A stretch of DNA of 52,560 bases, counting the filler, from Jimgerdemannia flammicorona (Eukaryota), in the NCBI GenBank assembly GCA_003990765.1. It is 2 parts of 2 records of this genome, joined end to end, with 100 filler letters (N's around TTAATTAATTAA, not from the genome) between each part and the next. Parts side by side here need not be neighbours in the genome. Positions count along the whole stretch, not along the records: positions 26,331 to 52,560 come from RBNJ01000749.1; 1 more part is not named here. The stretch is one strand, 5' to 3'. The notes below the pieces were generated by a model, which was not told the origin of the DNA, did not search any database, and saw nothing but the letters and a program-made list of their open reading frames with translations. The position numbers were made by a program, and so were the translations under genes. Below are positions 49,801 to 52,560 of this stretch, in pieces (the stretch's first letter is position 1; every line of letters starts with the position of its first letter).

Positions 49801-52560
49801 GGATTTGTCAGTGGATGTCCATTGGATGAGGTTGAAAGAGGCTGTGAGGGTCTATTGGGGAGGGGCTGAGAGAGAAGCTGGGAGACAGAGGAGGAAGTGC
49901 ACAAGGTGTACTTCCAACAGGCTGAGGAGATTGCAAATGGATTGAGCAGGTTTGCTTACTTCTGATGGGGTGGAGGATTGAAGGTTAGTGTGGATTAAAT
50001 TGGAGATAATGGAACTGCAACAGGTGTTGAGAGAAGAGGAGAGGTGCATATGCAAGGTATGGCTGCTAGGCTAAGGTGGCAGGGGCTGGAGGAGGGTGAG
50101 TGGCCTACTAGATATTTGTCCTGTCTGCTCAAAGCTAGGAGGGTGAGACATCGGTGGGATGGAGTCCTAGATGCTGATGGGGATATGGTACACAGCACAC
50201 AACAAATCTTAGGGATTTTGAAAGAGAGATGGCAGGGTTTGTGGAGTGAGGAAGAAGGGGGTGCTGATGAGGCAGCTATTGAAGATACATTAGGGGAATG
50301 GAGGCTGCCGCATGTGACTGGACTGGATGACTTGGCCTTACTGATGTGAGGTGAGGAGGTCCAGAGTATCCTTATAGCAACTAAAACTGGAACAGCACCA
50401 GGGGAGGATAGACTGCTATGGGACTTCTGGAAGAAGATGGTTAAGGTCCCCAGTATTTTGGATGAGATGACTGCTCTCTGTGATCATGTTCTTCAGAGTG
50501 GTGAGTGGGTTGGAGAGCAGGACCTTGGGCTGGTGGCTTTATTGTACAAAGACAAGGGGAGGAGAGAAGACTGAAAGAACTGGTGACTGATCATGTTTTT
50601 GGATATGGACAGGAAGATGGTAACTAAGGTGGTTATTGCAAGGCTACAGAAGGTTGCCCAACAGGTGCTGGGGGAGGAGCAGTGGGGCTTTGTTAGAGGC
50701 AGACTTATAAGAGATGGGACTGCATGGGTGCATGGTGTCATTGAAGGGGCCTGGGCTTGTGGCCTGGATGGAAGGTTGGTCTTCTTGGACCAGAAGAAGG
50801 CCTATGACCAGGTCTGGCAGGTTTGGCTGGGCAAGGTGTTGGATTGTATTAGTGTTCCTCCAGGATTTCAGGCTTCCATGTTGAGTCTGCTGGAGGGCAG
50901 TTGGGTGGCACTGATGTGTAATGGTCACCATGGTCTGGCATTTACCTTGAGAAGAGGGGTTCCTCAGGGGGACCCCCTGTCCCCTATTCTTTATGCCCTC
51001 TCATTAGAACCATTAATAGATAGGATTCACCAGAAGGTGGTAGGGCTCTCTATCTATGGCATAGTGTAGAAGGTGGGAGTCTTTGTGGATGATATAATGG
51101 TTGGCCTTGGGTCTGTGGCAGATGTCAAGGCACTTAAGGAGACAGTGGAATGGTATAAAGATCACTCTGGGGCAAAGCTCAACTGGCATAAGTGTGAGAC
51201 TATGGTGCTTAAGAATAGACTGGTGGGTGGGGATGTCATTGGAACAATTATCCCTACTGGTGAGGTGGTATGGTATCTGAGCATCTTCCTCTCTGTGTAT
51301 GGCTCTGTCTTGCCAATAGTGTGGTGGGTGAGCAGGGTGGCTGTTTGGGGGGAGGCCCTTTGAGGTTGGAGAGGCTGCCATATCTCTCTAGTAGGGTGGG
51401 TATCTATTCTGAATATATACTGGTTCCCCAAGCTGTAGTATGTGGCCTACTACTTAGACTTCCCAGCTTGGGTGGTGAAGAGGCTGACAAAGGTGGCTAG
51501 GGATTGGATTTGAGCAGAGAGGAGATCCCAGGTCAGTTGGGATACTCTTGCAACACCAGTGGTCTGGGGAGGTCTTGGCCTTGTGGATTTCCCCAAGAGG
51601 TTACACTGCTTGTGAGCCTGGTGGTTGAAGAGGGCAGCTAAACTGCAAGGAGAGGATTGGGTGCCTCTGCTGCAGAAGGTGTGGGAGATGAGAACCTCCC
51701 CCCAAGGGTCCTCAGGAGATCTACTCTCTTTAATAGAGCTCAATAGAATTTGGAGGCTGTGGTTTAAGGACTTTTGGTGGGGAGTGGTCAATGGAGCACA
51801 CAGAATTGGTCTGTGCTGGCAAGGCAATGAGAGGGAGATGTTGTGGGGATCTAGTATGTGGCGATGGGATAGATAGCTACTGGGGGGTGCTCTACTTGAT
51901 ACTTTTGATATTGGGGATAGAGTGGAGTATCAGCAGGGTCTTGGCCAGGATCTTTGGCCAAGTAGTTGGCAGGCAGTCAGGATTGGTGAGGAGTGGGACT
52001 GGGCAGGTATCTGATCTTGGAGTGCTGAGGTGTAGCAGTGGCTTCCCCCCAAGTTCTGGATGGTGTGGTGGCGAATGCTGCAGAGGAATGTCATGCTGAA
52101 TTTCCACACCAGGCATCTAGTGGATGGTGGCTGTTTCGATTGTGAGGAGTGTTACAATGTAGGGCAAGCTGGAGGTTTGGTGCAGACACTGGAATATTGG
52201 CTGGGAGAGTGTGAGGTTTTGGGGGACTTTTGGGTTAAAATAGGGAATAGACTGGGTGTAGAGCACAGGTCAGCAGGTGAGGGTGATTACTGGGAGGACT
52301 TGAGATCTCGGCTAGTGGGGGGGGTGGGTGATAGTTAGCTCACTGTTGGGTGGATGTTAGCAGTTTGGGTGGGATTGATGGGACATTGGCTATTTGTGTT
52401 TGAGGAGGGGTGGCAGATAAGACTGCAGGAGAAGGTTTTAAGATGGGAGGAGCTGTTGGGGGATCTGATGACTGGATGGTGGATAGGTTGGGGTCCTTCA
52501 GGGGGGCAATGACGAGGTTTGGTGGTGAGGATATGTGAACAGAGTGGTGGGAGGGTGGGG
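46820..52560 (+). mobile_element. L1/Tx1-like LINE, near full length, runs off the window; ORF1 ~46909-48940, ORF2 from ATG 48974
   Basis: The 5' UTR matches that of the LINE ending at 39315 (cactggtaa..ggtga.acaagactca). ORF2 reads MNSTTNIFSLNVNGL, LLQDV, GGDFN, SDHWG, KTGTAPGED, FLDQKKAYD, RGVPQGDPLSPILY, FVDD, C-terminal CFDCEEC. Scattered stops and frameshifts. Confidence 0.95.

Overview
Eukaryotic, almost certainly fungal DNA (short GT-AG introns, YAT-type amino acid permease; an early-diverging lineage such as Mucoromycota is my inference only). About 90% of the window is nested, decayed transposable elements that have lost almost all CpG and carry many C->T/G->A changes. A CpG-rich gene island at about 21.9-26.2 kb holds two convergent intron-containing genes: a 4-exon Erf4/Golgin-A7-like membrane protein gene that the ORF track misses, and the 3' half of an amino acid permease cut off by an artificial N-TTAATTAATTAA-N spacer at 26231-26330. 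The elements are: a hAT transposon with TIRs and an 8-bp TSD, plus two related MITEs; several L1/Tx1-like LINE copies; two Gypsy-type LTR retrotransposons that each encode a dUTPase between protease and RT; and two ~2-kb solo LTRs, one inserted in inverted orientation into the other. The most notable observation is that two LTR families with no obvious DNA similarity each carry a 270-365 codon ORF inside the LTR, upstream of the TATA box (the U3 position), and the two proteins align with each other. This suggests a conserved LTR-encoded accessory protein, positioned like retroviral nef or sag. All translations and alignments were done by eye.
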